From Pseudomonadota bacterium (lineage in GTDB: Bacteria > Pseudomonadota > Gammaproteobacteria > Pseudomonadales > JADFDG01): a stretch of DNA of 64,000 nucleotides. Numbering within the stretch: the stretch's first letter is position 1; each line of letters starts with the position of its first letter. Location of the stretch: positions 163,557-227,556 of the forward strand of contig JBMOOO010000011.1 of NCBI GenBank assembly GCA_049324475.1, read 5' to 3'. A model generated the notes under the pieces. The model did no database searches and was not told the DNA's origin. It worked only from the letters and a program-made list of their open reading frames with translations. Made by a program: the position numbers and the translations under genes. This document shows positions 46,906 to 55,352 of the stretch, one piece after another.

Positions 46906-47637
46906 TCACTCCGGCACGGCAACACCGCCGCCGGCCAGAACGGCCAGACAGGCCAGTGCGTCTGGATCGTGGCGCTTCAGCTGGTTGGCGACCGTGTGCT
47001 GGAAGAAATACCGGAACGACGGGTGTTCCTGCGCGGGGAACAGGCACCGGTCGGTGGCGAGTATGGGCGTGTCGGTGACCTGCTCACCATCGGCCAGCAT
47101 GGCCAGCACGCGACCGTCGCCGCGCAATTGCCAGGCCACCACCTCGACCAGATTGACGGTGTGGAAACCGTCCGCCGACATCACCGCGTGCGTGCCCGGC
47201 GAGTCCGGAATGGTCTGCACGACAACGCGGTGATCGTCGCGTGCGGTCCCGAAAAATTCCAGGGCCGATTCCAGTTCCGCCACCTTGTGCGACGGCGCAT
47301 CCGGCAGCAGCCGCTCGCCGTGCGGGTCCCAGTAACCCTCGCAGTGGCCGTTCAGCGGATCGGCCAGCTGTACCGCCGACACCACATCCTTCAGCCAGGG
47401 CACCAGCGCACTGACTTCACCGGTCTCGTGCAGGGCCCAGCCGACGATGTCGAGGGAAACGAGGCGGTCGGGGTGACGGTCATTGCCGTAGAGGGTGCGG
47501 ATGCCGTCGTTTTCCGGCGCGATGCGGACGATGCGCCCGGCCCGGCGCGGACGCCGGGAATCCAGTTCGATGACCTTGCCGCCTGCAGCCGGAGATTTGC
47601 CGTCCGGTGTCCTGCGATGCAGCGTTTTCATAGTCAC
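46906..47637 (-). CDS. Hypothetical protein (243 aa, no recognised domain)
   Basis: The ORF has coding-like composition (MTMKTLHRRTPDGKSPAAGGKVIELDSRRP...), no signal peptide and no TM segment. It is convergent with tusA, with a 1-nt gap. Confidence 0.45.
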   Translation of the reverse strand: MTMKTLHRRTPDGKSPAAGGKVIELDSRRPRRAGRIVRIAPENDGIRTLYGNDRHPDRLVSLDIVGWALHETGEVSALVPWLKDVVSAVQLADPLNGHCEGYWDPHGERLLPDAPSHKVAELESALEFFGTARDDHRVVVQTIPDSPGTHAVMSADGFHTVNLVEVVAWQLRGDGRVLAMLADGEQVTDTPILATDRCLFPAQEHPSFRYFFQHTVANQLKRHDPDALACLAVLAGGGVAVPE

Positions 47638-47813
47638 CTGCCTGCGTGACGCATCAGGCCCGCGGCGAGTTACCGCAGAGCGGAATCACGCTCGAAGGAA
47701 CATAGCGCCGACGCGGCGCCTGCTCAAGCCGGCAACCGGCCGGCGGCACGGCCGGCCGGACGGGACGCTGCCGGTTCGTGACCGGTGTCGCAGCCGACGG
47801 CAGAATGCCGGGC

Positions 47814-48305
47814 ATGGACGATCGTCTGTATTTCGCCTACGGCTCCAACATGAACCCGGCCCGGATGGCGGCACTGGGTGTGTCCTGGCAGCGGCGGGAG
47901 GCGGCCATCCTGCCGGGCTGGCGCCTGTCGTTCAGCAAACGTGCCAGCGATGCGCCGCCGGCGCTGCCGGCTGCCTATGCCACCGTGGTGGCAGACGCGG
48001 GGGCGTGGACGGAAGGCGTGCTGTACACACTGGCCGCCGATGCCGACTGGCTCCTGCTGGATGCCTTCGAGAACCTGTATGAACGTCGCCGGGTCCGTGT
48101 CGTGACGGGCGGGACAGCGGGTGCCGCAAACGCACGCACCTGCGAAGCGGATGTCTACGTGGCGCTGCCCTCCGTCTGCGCGGACGGATTGTTGCCGGAG
48201 TGCTGGTACGTCGGACATCTGCTGCAGGCCTGCGACCTGTTATCGCCGGCGTGGTGCCGGAATCTGCGCGCGCTGTCGATGCTTCAGTCCGTGCCGCGCT
48301 GGTAG
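47814..48305 (+). CDS. Gamma-glutamylcyclotransferase-fold (AIG2/GGACT-like) protein
   Basis: ATG 47814. MDDRLYFAYGSNMNPARM carries the YGSN motif. 163 aa. Confidence 0.7.
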   Translation: MDDRLYFAYGSNMNPARMAALGVSWQRREAAILPGWRLSFSKRASDAPPALPAAYATVVADAGAWTEGVLYTLAADADWLLLDAFENLYERRRVRVVTGGTAGAANARTCEADVYVALPSVCADGLLPECWYVGHLLQACDLLSPAWCRNLRALSMLQSVPRW

Positions 48306-49711
48306 CCGGCGGGGTCGGCGAGGAAGCGTGCCAGCCTCAGGTTCAGCATCAGCGCCGCCACGGCGAGTCCGGCCACCAGGCCGACCCAGAATCCCTGTGG
48401 CCCCAGCGGAGTGATCAGGGGCATGCCGAAGAGGGTGCCGAAGCCGAGCAGCCAGCCGACCGGCAAGCCGATGCACCAGTAGGCAAACAGCGTGATCCAC
48501 ATCGGGCGCCGTGTGTCATGAAAGCCCCGCAGTGCGCCGTTGGCGGTCACCTGCAGCGCATCCGGCAACTGGAAAATGGCCGCATACACCAGCAACGCGG
48601 CAGCCAGTGCACGCACGGCAGCATCTTCGGTGTAGAGCGCCGGTATGGCATGGCGGCCCAGCAACAGCACCAGTGCGTTGAACAGTGCAATGGCGGTGGA
48701 CAGGGCCAGCCCGACCTGCACGGCGCGTCGTGCAGCGGCCTGATCGCCGGCACCGGCCGCCAGCCCGGTGCGCACCGTGAGCGCGAGACCCACCGACAAC
48801 GGCAGCATGAATGTCAGTGAAGCAAAATTGAGCGCGATCTGGTGACCGGCAACCACCTGCTCGCCCAGCCGGGCCAGCAGGATGGCGATGACCGAAAAGA
48901 TGCTGACCTCGAAAAAGATCGCCATGCCGATGGGCAGGCCCAGCGCCAGCATGGCCAGCAATGCGCGCGGATCCGGGCCATGCAGGCGGCCGTCGATGTG
49001 CGTGCCTGGCGGTGTACGGGTCCGGTAGTGCGTGCCGTGTCGTACGTAAAACCACATCAGCACGGCCATCAGCCACATCACGATGGCGGTGGCGACGCCG
49101 CAGCCGGGACCGCCCATGGCCGGCATCCCGAACAGGCCGTGTATGAAGATGTAGTTGAGCGGGATGTTGGCCAGCAGGCCGATCAGGCTGATCACCAGCA
49201 CCGGCTTCGGATGCGACAGTGACTCGCTGTAGCTGCGCATGCCGATGAACAGGGCGACGCCCGGCAGCCCCCATGACAATCCGTTCAGGTACTCCGCTGT
49301 CATGTCGCGCAGGCGCGATGGCACATCCAGGGCATCGAACAGCAGCACGGCATGACGCGCTGCAATGAATCCCAGGATCCCGACGGCCAGTGCCAGCCAC
49401 AAGGCCTGCCAGGCGGTGGGCACGACACGTTCATGCCGGCCGGCGCCGATATGCTGCGACAGGATCGGCGTGGCGGCGATGATCACACCGACCATGAACA
49501 GGAACAGGGGAACCCAGATGCTGGCGCCGATCGCGACTGCCGCCAGATCCGCCGGGCTGACCGCGCCGGCCATGACCGTATCGACAAACCCGTTGGCGGT
49601 CTGCGCGACCTGGCCACCCAGTATCGGAATCACCAGCGACAGCAGCGCACGCAGCTCGCTGCGATGACTGTCCGGATTGACCGGCGGGTCTTGAGCGGGA
49701 GGACAGGTCAC
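48284..49711 (-). CDS. MATE-family multidrug efflux transporter (NorM-like)
   Basis: 475 aa, 12 TM segments. N-terminus LRALLSLVIPILGGQVAQTANGFVDTVMAG. The 3' end overlaps the convergent GGCT gene by 22 nt. Confidence 0.85.
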   Translation of the reverse strand: MTCPPAQDPPVNPDSHRSELRALLSLVIPILGGQVAQTANGFVDTVMAGAVSPADLAAVAIGASIWVPLFLFMVGVIIAATPILSQHIGAGRHERVVPTAWQALWLALAVGILGFIAARHAVLLFDALDVPSRLRDMTAEYLNGLSWGLPGVALFIGMRSYSESLSHPKPVLVISLIGLLANIPLNYIFIHGLFGMPAMGGPGCGVATAIVMWLMAVLMWFYVRHGTHYRTRTPPGTHIDGRLHGPDPRALLAMLALGLPIGMAIFFEVSIFSVIAILLARLGEQVVAGHQIALNFASLTFMLPLSVGLALTVRTGLAAGAGDQAAARRAVQVGLALSTAIALFNALVLLLGRHAIPALYTEDAAVRALAAALLVYAAIFQLPDALQVTANGALRGFHDTRRPMWITLFAYWCIGLPVGWLLGFGTLFGMPLITPLGPQGFWVGLVAGLAVAALMLNLRLARFLADPAGYQRGTD

Positions 49712-49780
49712 GATAGGGTGCGCGCGGCTGCGGGAAAGGGCTGCATTCTATCAGCCGCCACGCAGTGGTCGTTCATCGCC

Positions 49781-50356
49781 ATGCATCCGGAACTTGCCAG
49801 ACTGCTCGACGTGTTCGCTCGCGAATTCGCGGGCAGCCATCGCACGCGCCTGGTGGCGGGAGGCGATGAGCCGCTGTACCGGCCGGCTGCAGATGGCGAT
49901 GGCTGGAACGAAATCGTGTTCCGCCACGACTATGTCCAGAGTGCGCTGCATGAAATTGCGCACTGGTGCGTGGCCGGAGAACAGCGCCGACGCCTGGTCG
50001 ACTACGGGTACTGGTACCACCCGGATGGTCGCACGCGTGCCCAGCAGGAAGTGTTCGAGAAAGTGGAGGCGCGGCCGCAGGCGGTCGAATGGCTGCTGAG
50101 CGCAGCCTGCGGACGGGGTTTCCGGGTCAGCCTCGACAACCTCGATTCCGGTGAGCCGCTGGACGAGGGTTCGCTGTGGCGTGCCGTACACCGTGCCGTG
50201 CAGCACTGTCTTGATCATGGCCTTCCACCGCGTGCGGAACGGCTGGCACGTGCGCTGGCGCATGAATGCGGCAACGTGTGGCCGCTGCCGGCCGACCGGT
50301 TCGTGCTGCCGGCAGAGTACCGTGATGGCGGAGGCGATCAGGCCGGCACACACTGA
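49781..50356 (+). CDS. epmC: Elongation factor P hydroxylase
   Basis: ATG 49781. RTRLVAGGDEPLYRPA...SALHEIAHWCVAGEQRRRLVDYGYWYHPDGR...EARPQAVEWL is collinear with E. coli EpmC (YfcM). Confidence 0.85.
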   Translation: MHPELARLLDVFAREFAGSHRTRLVAGGDEPLYRPAADGDGWNEIVFRHDYVQSALHEIAHWCVAGEQRRRLVDYGYWYHPDGRTRAQQEVFEKVEARPQAVEWLLSAACGRGFRVSLDNLDSGEPLDEGSLWRAVHRAVQHCLDHGLPPRAERLARALAHECGNVWPLPADRFVLPAEYRDGGGDQAGTH

Positions 50357-50422
50357 CGGCGGCCGGGACGCTGGCGTCCCGGGCCGTTGCCGGAAAGTGA
50401 AAGTGCTGTCAGGTGCGGGCGG

Positions 50423-50695
50423 TCATTTCGGGGGAAAGCTGACCGTGTATTTGTCGTCCCACGGCAGGACATCCTTGATCGAACCGAACTTGATGGCCTT
50501 GATGCGTGCAGCCAGCTTCTGTTCGGTTTCGGGATCGGCCAGCTCCGAGGAAACGATTTCAGCCGTTGATACCGAGCCGTCGGGTTCAACGACAAGGCGG
50601 AAGACGACAGCGCCCTTGAGCGCCGGTTTGCTGCGCAGCGCATCCTGCCAGATTGCCTGCAACGCGCCGTTGTTGTGTCCCATGATCGCGCGGAT
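50423..50695 (-). repeat. Paralogous 273-nt segment, copy A (3' end of the lipoprotein gene)
   Basis: It aligns without gaps to 51450..51722, and both start at the stop codon TCA on the plus strand. I counted 44 identities in the first 60 aligned positions. Confidence 0.7.
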
Positions 50696-51319
50696 GCCGT
50701 CCGGGGTTCGCTCCAGTCCGCCCTCGGCGTTTCTGCGCACGCCGGTGATGTCGCTGTCGGCAATGACCAGTGCTTCGGCAGCCCGGGCGGGTGCCGGCGT
50801 TGCCGGCTTGAGCGGAATCAGGTCCTTGGGTGGCGTGAATTCCACCGTGTAGGTGTCGGACCAGGCAGGCACGGCTTCCAGTGCGCCGAAACCGATGGTG
50901 CGCACATAGGCCACGACCTGGCGGGTGAATTCCGCGTCATGGATATCCGACGAGGCAATGTCGGCAGCCTGGACGCTGCCGTCGGGTGCGATGATCAGGC
51001 GCAGTACCACATTGCCTTTCAGCGATGCGTCCTCGGCCAGCCGGCGCTGGTACAGCGTCTGCAGGCCGGGGTTGTAGCGGGCCATGACCAGTTTGACGCC
51101 GCACTCGCTGCGTTTGCGGGTGGGCACTTCCGTGACCGGAACACAGTCGGATTGTGAAACAGGAAGCACCGGTGCGTTGGTGACCACGCGCGCTGCCTCG
51201 GCGCCCGGTTTGCGGTAGATCGGGCCGGAGTAATCCACGCCGATATCGGCGGGTGGCGGGATGCAGCCGGCCAGCAGCGTCAGCATGGCGACAGGCGCGA
51301 TGGTTCGGGTGGTCAGCAT
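50423..51319 (-). CDS. Lipoprotein with two tandem TonB-C-like (AgmX/PglI-type) domains
   Basis: Start ATG 51319 gives the lipobox MLTTRTIAPVAMLTLLAGC|IPP. There are two copies of a ~90-aa module (..LKGNVVLRLIIAPDGSVQAADIASS.. and ..LKGAVVFRLVVEPDGSVSTAEIVSS..LPWDDKYTVSFPPK). Confidence 0.65.
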   Translation of the reverse strand: MLTTRTIAPVAMLTLLAGCIPPPADIGVDYSGPIYRKPGAEAARVVTNAPVLPVSQSDCVPVTEVPTRKRSECGVKLVMARYNPGLQTLYQRRLAEDASLKGNVVLRLIIAPDGSVQAADIASSDIHDAEFTRQVVAYVRTIGFGALEAVPAWSDTYTVEFTPPKDLIPLKPATPAPARAAEALVIADSDITGVRRNAEGGLERTPDGIRAIMGHNNGALQAIWQDALRSKPALKGAVVFRLVVEPDGSVSTAEIVSSELADPETEQKLAARIKAIKFGSIKDVLPWDDKYTVSFPPK

Positions 51320-51389
51320 GGCGGTTTCCGGTGGGAGCGGTATACGCGGGTCGGGCAACGATACCGCAAATTCCCGGCAGAAATAACAA

Positions 51390-51407
51390 GGGGCGCCGAA
51401 GCGCCCC
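51390..51407 (-). terminator. Hairpin after the TonB-like gene
   Basis: GGGGCGC-CGAA-GCGCCCC. On the minus strand it is followed by CTTGTTATTTC. It lies 43 nt downstream of the stop at 51450. Confidence 0.55.
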
Positions 51408-51449
51408 CTGCCTGTTTCACCGGAACATCGTGCCGGCCGGTCACCACGA

Positions 51450-51722
51450 TCAGCTCGGGAAGAAGTTGAGTGTGTACTTGTCATCCCACGGCAAGACACC
51501 TTCGATGGCACCGAAGTTGATGGCCCGGATACGGGTAATCAGCTTCTTCTCGGTTTCCGGGTCACCCAGCTCCGACGACAGGATGTCTGCTGTCGAAACC
51601 GATCCGTCCGGAGCAATCACCAGGCGGATCACGATGGCACCCTTGAGCGTGGGGTTGTTGCGCAGCGCGCGCTGGTAGATGGCCTGGAGTGCACCGTTGT
51701 TGCGGTCCATGATCCGGCGGAT
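51450..51722 (-). repeat. Paralogous 273-nt segment, copy B (3' end of the TonB-like gene)
   Basis: See copy A. It encodes NGALQAIYQRALRNNPTLKGAIVIRLVIAPDGSVSTADILSSELGDPETEKKLITRIRAINFGAIEGVLPWDDKYTLNFFPS, versus NGALQAIWQDALRSKPALKGAVVFRLVVEPDGSVSTAEIVSSELADPETEQKLAARIKAIKFGSIKDVLPWDDKYTVSFPPK in copy A. Confidence 0.7.
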
Positions 51723-52427
51723 TTCTTCCTGCGTGCGCTCCAGTTTGCCACTGGCATTCTTGCGCACGACACCGGTACCGCCTTCGGTGATGGTGGACGT
51801 CACCTTGGTGCCGGCCACGGCAGCCAGCTTGCCGCCGCCCGCCACACCGTAACCGCCGCCGCCACTGGATGCCGCACCCATGGTCACACCGCCGGAGCCC
51901 TTGCCCGCCCGGCTGGTGATCATGTCGCGCGACACACTGCCAGGACCGCCGGGGCCAACCACGCCGGTACCCTTGGTGAGCTGCTGATCACCCATGTCGA
52001 AGGCCGATGCGAGATCCTGCATGGCAGAAATCTCGGCCTCGGCTTCGGCAAAGGCCTTCCTGGCTTTTTCCTTGGCCTTGGTCACCTGGACTTCGGTCGG
52101 TTTCTCCGGCTTCGGTTCATCCGGTTTCGGCTCTTCCGGTTTTTCCTCCTTCACCTCTTCCTTTGGCGGAGGCGGCGGAGGCGGCTCGAGCTTTTTCTGC
52201 ATCACCAGCTTGGCCAGACGTTCCGGCACCTTCTCGGCGGCGGCCCGATCCGGTTTGGGCACCTCGACACTGCTCATCACGTACGACAGTGTGAACGTGA
52301 GCAGCAGTGCCAGCAGTGCCAGCCAGCGGTTGCGCTTGCGATCGCCACCGACGCTGTCCCAGGCGAGATACGAGCCGGGGATGTAGTGATCTTTCGGAGT
52401 GATGCTGTCAAACGGTTTTGCCGTCAT
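51450..52427 (-). CDS. TonB-architecture energy transducer with an AgmX/PglI-type C-terminal domain
   Basis: N-terminal TM segment (WLALLALLLTFTLSYVM), Pro/Glu/Lys linker PPPPPPPKEEVKEEKPEEPKPDEPKPEKP, a Gly-rich spacer, and the C-terminal domain NGALQAIYQRALRNNPTLKGAIVIRLVIAPDGSVSTADILSS...LPWDDKYTLNFFPS. ATGA overlap with the upstream exbD-like gene. Confidence 0.75.
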   Translation of the reverse strand: MTAKPFDSITPKDHYIPGSYLAWDSVGGDRKRNRWLALLALLLTFTLSYVMSSVEVPKPDRAAAEKVPERLAKLVMQKKLEPPPPPPPKEEVKEEKPEEPKPDEPKPEKPTEVQVTKAKEKARKAFAEAEAEISAMQDLASAFDMGDQQLTKGTGVVGPGGPGSVSRDMITSRAGKGSGGVTMGAASSGGGGYGVAGGGKLAAVAGTKVTSTITEGGTGVVRKNASGKLERTQEEIRRIMDRNNGALQAIYQRALRNNPTLKGAIVIRLVIAPDGSVSTADILSSELGDPETEKKLITRIRAINFGAIEGVLPWDDKYTLNFFPS

Positions 52428-52927
52428 GACGCGTCCTCCTTCTTGCGCAGCACGGCGAAGGAGATTTTCGAGTAATCGTTCTCGCTGCAGGTGGCCATGA
52501 TCTTGCGCAGCAGGGCATAGGGGATGCCCTTGTCGCCGATGATCATGACTTCGCGCTCGGGGATACCCTGGTCATTGAGCTTGGGCGGCGTCTTGGAAGC
52601 GCGATACTGCAGTTCCTGGGCAAGACCGGGGATGGTCGCGCTTTTGGAACGGGCAATTTCCGCGATATCCGCCACCTTCACGCCCTGAACAAGGATGTAG
52701 TCCTTGTTGACCATGATTGCCAGCGATTCTCCGGGCATCTGCTCGGAAGTGGAGCGCGGCAACTGCAGGTCTTCGCTGCCCGGGATCTGCGTGACGTTCT
52801 GCTGGTTGACCAGCAGGAAGAACACCAGAACCGTCAGGATGTCGATCAGCGACGTCAGCTGGATGATCGCCGGCTTCATGAACTTGTGCCGGCGTTCCAT
52901 GCGTTTGGCGCGGGCTGACTTCTTCAT
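52424..52927 (-). CDS. ExbD/TolR-family protein (second paralog)
   Basis: 167 aa. Basic N-terminus, TM segment LTSLIDILTVLVFFLLV (the family's conserved TM Asp is in LIDIL), and a periplasmic domain. ATGA overlaps at both ends (52924-52927, 52424-52427). Confidence 0.8.
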   Translation of the reverse strand: MKKSARAKRMERRHKFMKPAIIQLTSLIDILTVLVFFLLVNQQNVTQIPGSEDLQLPRSTSEQMPGESLAIMVNKDYILVQGVKVADIAEIARSKSATIPGLAQELQYRASKTPPKLNDQGIPEREVMIIGDKGIPYALLRKIMATCSENDYSKISFAVLRKKEDAS

Positions 52928-53457
52928 TCCGCACCTCCCGCTGCAGGTGCAGCCGGGGCTGAAGAAGATGCCGGCACGGCATCGCCGATGCTGATGTCGG
53001 GGAACAGGGCGGCCTTGATCTGCTTGCCGTTCACCATCTTCGGCTTGTAGCGCACGGCATCCATCCCGCTGATCAGGACTTCATACGGCGTATCCGGTTC
53101 GAGCATCACGGAGACTTCCGTCACCGAGGGATACTCGTCCTTGAGCTCGATGAGATAGGCCTTCAGGCCCTTGTAATCGAGCACGCCGCCGGGCAGCGCC
53201 GGAAACTCCTTCAGGGGACCGGTCGTCTGGTTGGCGACGAGGATGTGGTCCTTGTAGAAGCTGACTTCCAGCACCAGCGGTGGTTTGTTGTTGTCGGTCG
53301 ACTGGCCGTCCCCGGGTGCAGGCAGATTCACGTCGAGTCGGGTGACTTCGGTGAACACCGCGCTGACCAGCAGGAACGCGAGCAGAACCACCATCAGGTT
53401 GATGAAGGTGGTCATGTCCAGATCGGCCTCCATTTCGCGAGGCTTCTTGGCCCTCAT
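52924..53457 (-). CDS. ExbD/TolR-family protein (first paralog)
   Basis: 177 aa. ADLDMTTFINLMVVLLAFLLV (Asp-containing TM) followed by a periplasmic domain. Confidence 0.8.
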   Translation of the reverse strand: MRAKKPREMEADLDMTTFINLMVVLLAFLLVSAVFTEVTRLDVNLPAPGDGQSTDNNKPPLVLEVSFYKDHILVANQTTGPLKEFPALPGGVLDYKGLKAYLIELKDEYPSVTEVSVMLEPDTPYEVLISGMDAVRYKPKMVNGKQIKAALFPDISIGDAVPASSSAPAAPAAGGAE

Positions 53458-53487
53458 AACGACTCCTGGCGTTCGGTCTGAGGGGGC

Positions 53488-54150
53488 TTACTCGGTGCGG
53501 CCGCTGATCTGGCGGATGACGTTCAGGCATTTGACCGACGCAGCCTCGAAGCTGGCCACGGTCTCGCCGGCCTTGGATTGCAGGAAGGAGAACAGCACCA
53601 GCATCGGGATCGCGGTGACGAGACCGAAGGCCGTACAGTTCATGGCTTCGCCCACGGCGGCAGACAGCATGTTGGCTTTTTCGGCCGGGTCGGCGCTGGC
53701 GACGGCGGTAAACGCGTGGATCAGACCGATGATGGTGCCGAGCAGGCCGAGCAGGGTGGCTACGTTGGCCAGCGTCGACAGGTAGTGGGTGCGCTTCTCG
53801 ATGCGCGGCAGCACTTCCATCAGGGCTTCTTCCATGGCCAGCTCGATGTCTTCGGTGCGGCGCGCGGTGGCGGCACGGGTCAGGCCGGAAGCGATGATGT
53901 TGCCCATGAAGCTGTTGGAGTTCTTGGCGACTTCCAGGGCCTGCTTGAAGTTGCCCTTGGTCATGACCGGATAGAGCTCGTCCCAGACCTTGCTGTTGCG
54001 GCTGGCCATGTTGGCCAGGAAGAAATAACGCTCAAGGCCGATGAAGATACCGGCGATCAGGGTCAGCAGGATGGGGTACATCCAGAAGCCGCCCACCTGG
54101 AAAAACTCGATGGTGCTCATGATCAGGCCGGGTTCGTTCGCGGTTGCCAT
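53488..54150 (-). CDS. MotA/TolQ/ExbB-family proton channel subunit
   Basis: 220 aa, 3 TM segments. Conserved C-terminal pair LSTLANVATLLGLLGTIIGLIHAF and GEAMNCTAFGLVTAIPMLVLFSFL. Confidence 0.85.
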   Translation of the reverse strand: MATANEPGLIMSTIEFFQVGGFWMYPILLTLIAGIFIGLERYFFLANMASRNSKVWDELYPVMTKGNFKQALEVAKNSNSFMGNIIASGLTRAATARRTEDIELAMEEALMEVLPRIEKRTHYLSTLANVATLLGLLGTIIGLIHAFTAVASADPAEKANMLSAAVGEAMNCTAFGLVTAIPMLVLFSFLQSKAGETVASFEAASVKCLNVIRQISGRTE

Positions 54151-54207
54151 TGCTGTTCTCCTGTGTAATTCGATGTGGATCTGTGATGGATGCCTGGATC
54201 AGGGCGG

Positions 54208-54567
54208 TTACTGGGTCTGTTCCTGCAGACTGCGGAAGTACTGCACCTCCCGGCGCAGTACATCACGGTCCAGCGGTTGCAGGACCTGATTGAGAATCGA
54301 CGTGGTCGGCGATTTCTTCTCGAGTTTCACTTCCTTGTCTTTCCACGGTACGACGTTCAGTACCGTGGGGGCCTCCTGCGAGCCGACGACGTTGGTCACC
54401 AGCTCGCTTTCGGGTTTGGCATCGGCCGGCTGCTTTTTTGCCGCCGCGTTGGCGGCATTGGCGAAATTGCCGGCAGCGGCAGCCGGCTTCGCCGGGTCGG
54501 CAGCGAAAACCGGTGAGACGGAGAGAAGGGCGGCAACCAGTGTTGCCATGACGAGACGATGCTTCAT
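54208..54567 (-). CDS. Small secreted protein of unknown function
   Basis: 119 aa. Signal peptide MKHRLVMATLVAALLSVSPVFA|AD, an Ala/Lys/Pro-rich stretch, then VLNVVPWKDKEVKLEKK. The start overlaps the upstream stop (ATGA at 54564-54567). Confidence 0.55.
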   Translation of the reverse strand: MKHRLVMATLVAALLSVSPVFAADPAKPAAAAGNFANAANAAAKKQPADAKPESELVTNVVGSQEAPTVLNVVPWKDKEVKLEKKSPTTSILNQVLQPLDRDVLRREVQYFRSLQEQTQ

Positions 54568-55352
54568 GACGACTGACCTGTTGCAGGAGTGGCCGCAGGT
54601 GCGGCGGCCGGCGCGGATTGTTCGGCCGGAGCGGCGGGCGGAGTGGCCGGCGCCGGTGCGGCAATGCCCAGGCGGTTGCGCAGGTCGCCGATCCAGTTGC
54701 CTACCGCCTGGTCCGGTTTGCGTTGCAGGGCCTGATAGCGCTCATAGTGTTTCAGCGCGAGGTTGAGGTCCTGCAGGTACAAGTCAGCCAGCACGCCAAG
54801 ATTGAAGTGGGCCTTGGCGTAGTTGCCGTCGATGGCCAGCGCCTTCTCGTAGGCGGCGCGCGCTTCCTTGAATTTGCCCTGCTCGCGCAGGACGATGCCG
54901 CGCATGTTCCAGGCGAACGGGTTTTTCGGGTTCACCTTGAGTGTCTGGTCGATGCTGTCCAGGGCGTCTTCCCATTTTTCCTGGCGTATGTAGATCAGCG
55001 CCTGGTTGACCAGCGGGCCGGACAACACCGGGTGCTGGGCGGAAATGGCCTGGAATCCGACCAGGGCGTCGTTCAGCTTGCCGGCTTTCATGGCCTGCAC
55101 GGCGGCGAAGTATTCGCCGATCGCCTGCTGGGCTGCGGCCTGCGCCTGGCTCGATGCCGTGACGGTGGTCTGGTGTACCGAATCGCTGGCAGCAACGGCG
55201 GGTGCCGTCGGTTGCTGACGTACCGAGCGGACGACATTGACGTTGTCGACTTCCGGCTTGGGCTTCGGTGTCGATGAGCAGGCCGCCAGCGTGGCTGCCA
55301 GCAACAGCCACGCGGCACGCCAGGGACGGAAATCAGTAGATGACATCGACAT
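54564..55352 (-). CDS. TPR-repeat lipoprotein
   Basis: Start ATG 55352 (or 55346). Lipobox WLLLAATLAAC|SS. At least four TPR units (for example PKNPFAWNMRGIVLREQGKFKEARAAYEKALAIDGNYAKAHFNLGVLADLY). Confidence 0.7.
   Translation of the reverse strand: MSMSSTDFRPWRAAWLLLAATLAACSSTPKPKPEVDNVNVVRSVRQQPTAPAVAASDSVHQTTVTASSQAQAAAQQAIGEYFAAVQAMKAGKLNDALVGFQAISAQHPVLSGPLVNQALIYIRQEKWEDALDSIDQTLKVNPKNPFAWNMRGIVLREQGKFKEARAAYEKALAIDGNYAKAHFNLGVLADLYLQDLNLALKHYERYQALQRKPDQAVGNWIGDLRNRLGIAAPAPATPPAAPAEQSAPAAAPAATPATGQSS

Noticed and set aside
50423-54150. Interpretation as an ordinary ExbB-ExbD-TonB iron-uptake energiser or as Tol-Pal
   Set aside because: No TonB-dependent receptor, TolA, TolB, Pal or CpoB is present. 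The genes are coupled to four TPR/coiled-coil envelope proteins and to extra lipid-anchored TonB-C-like domains. The alternative is kept only as the null hypothesis in the finding.
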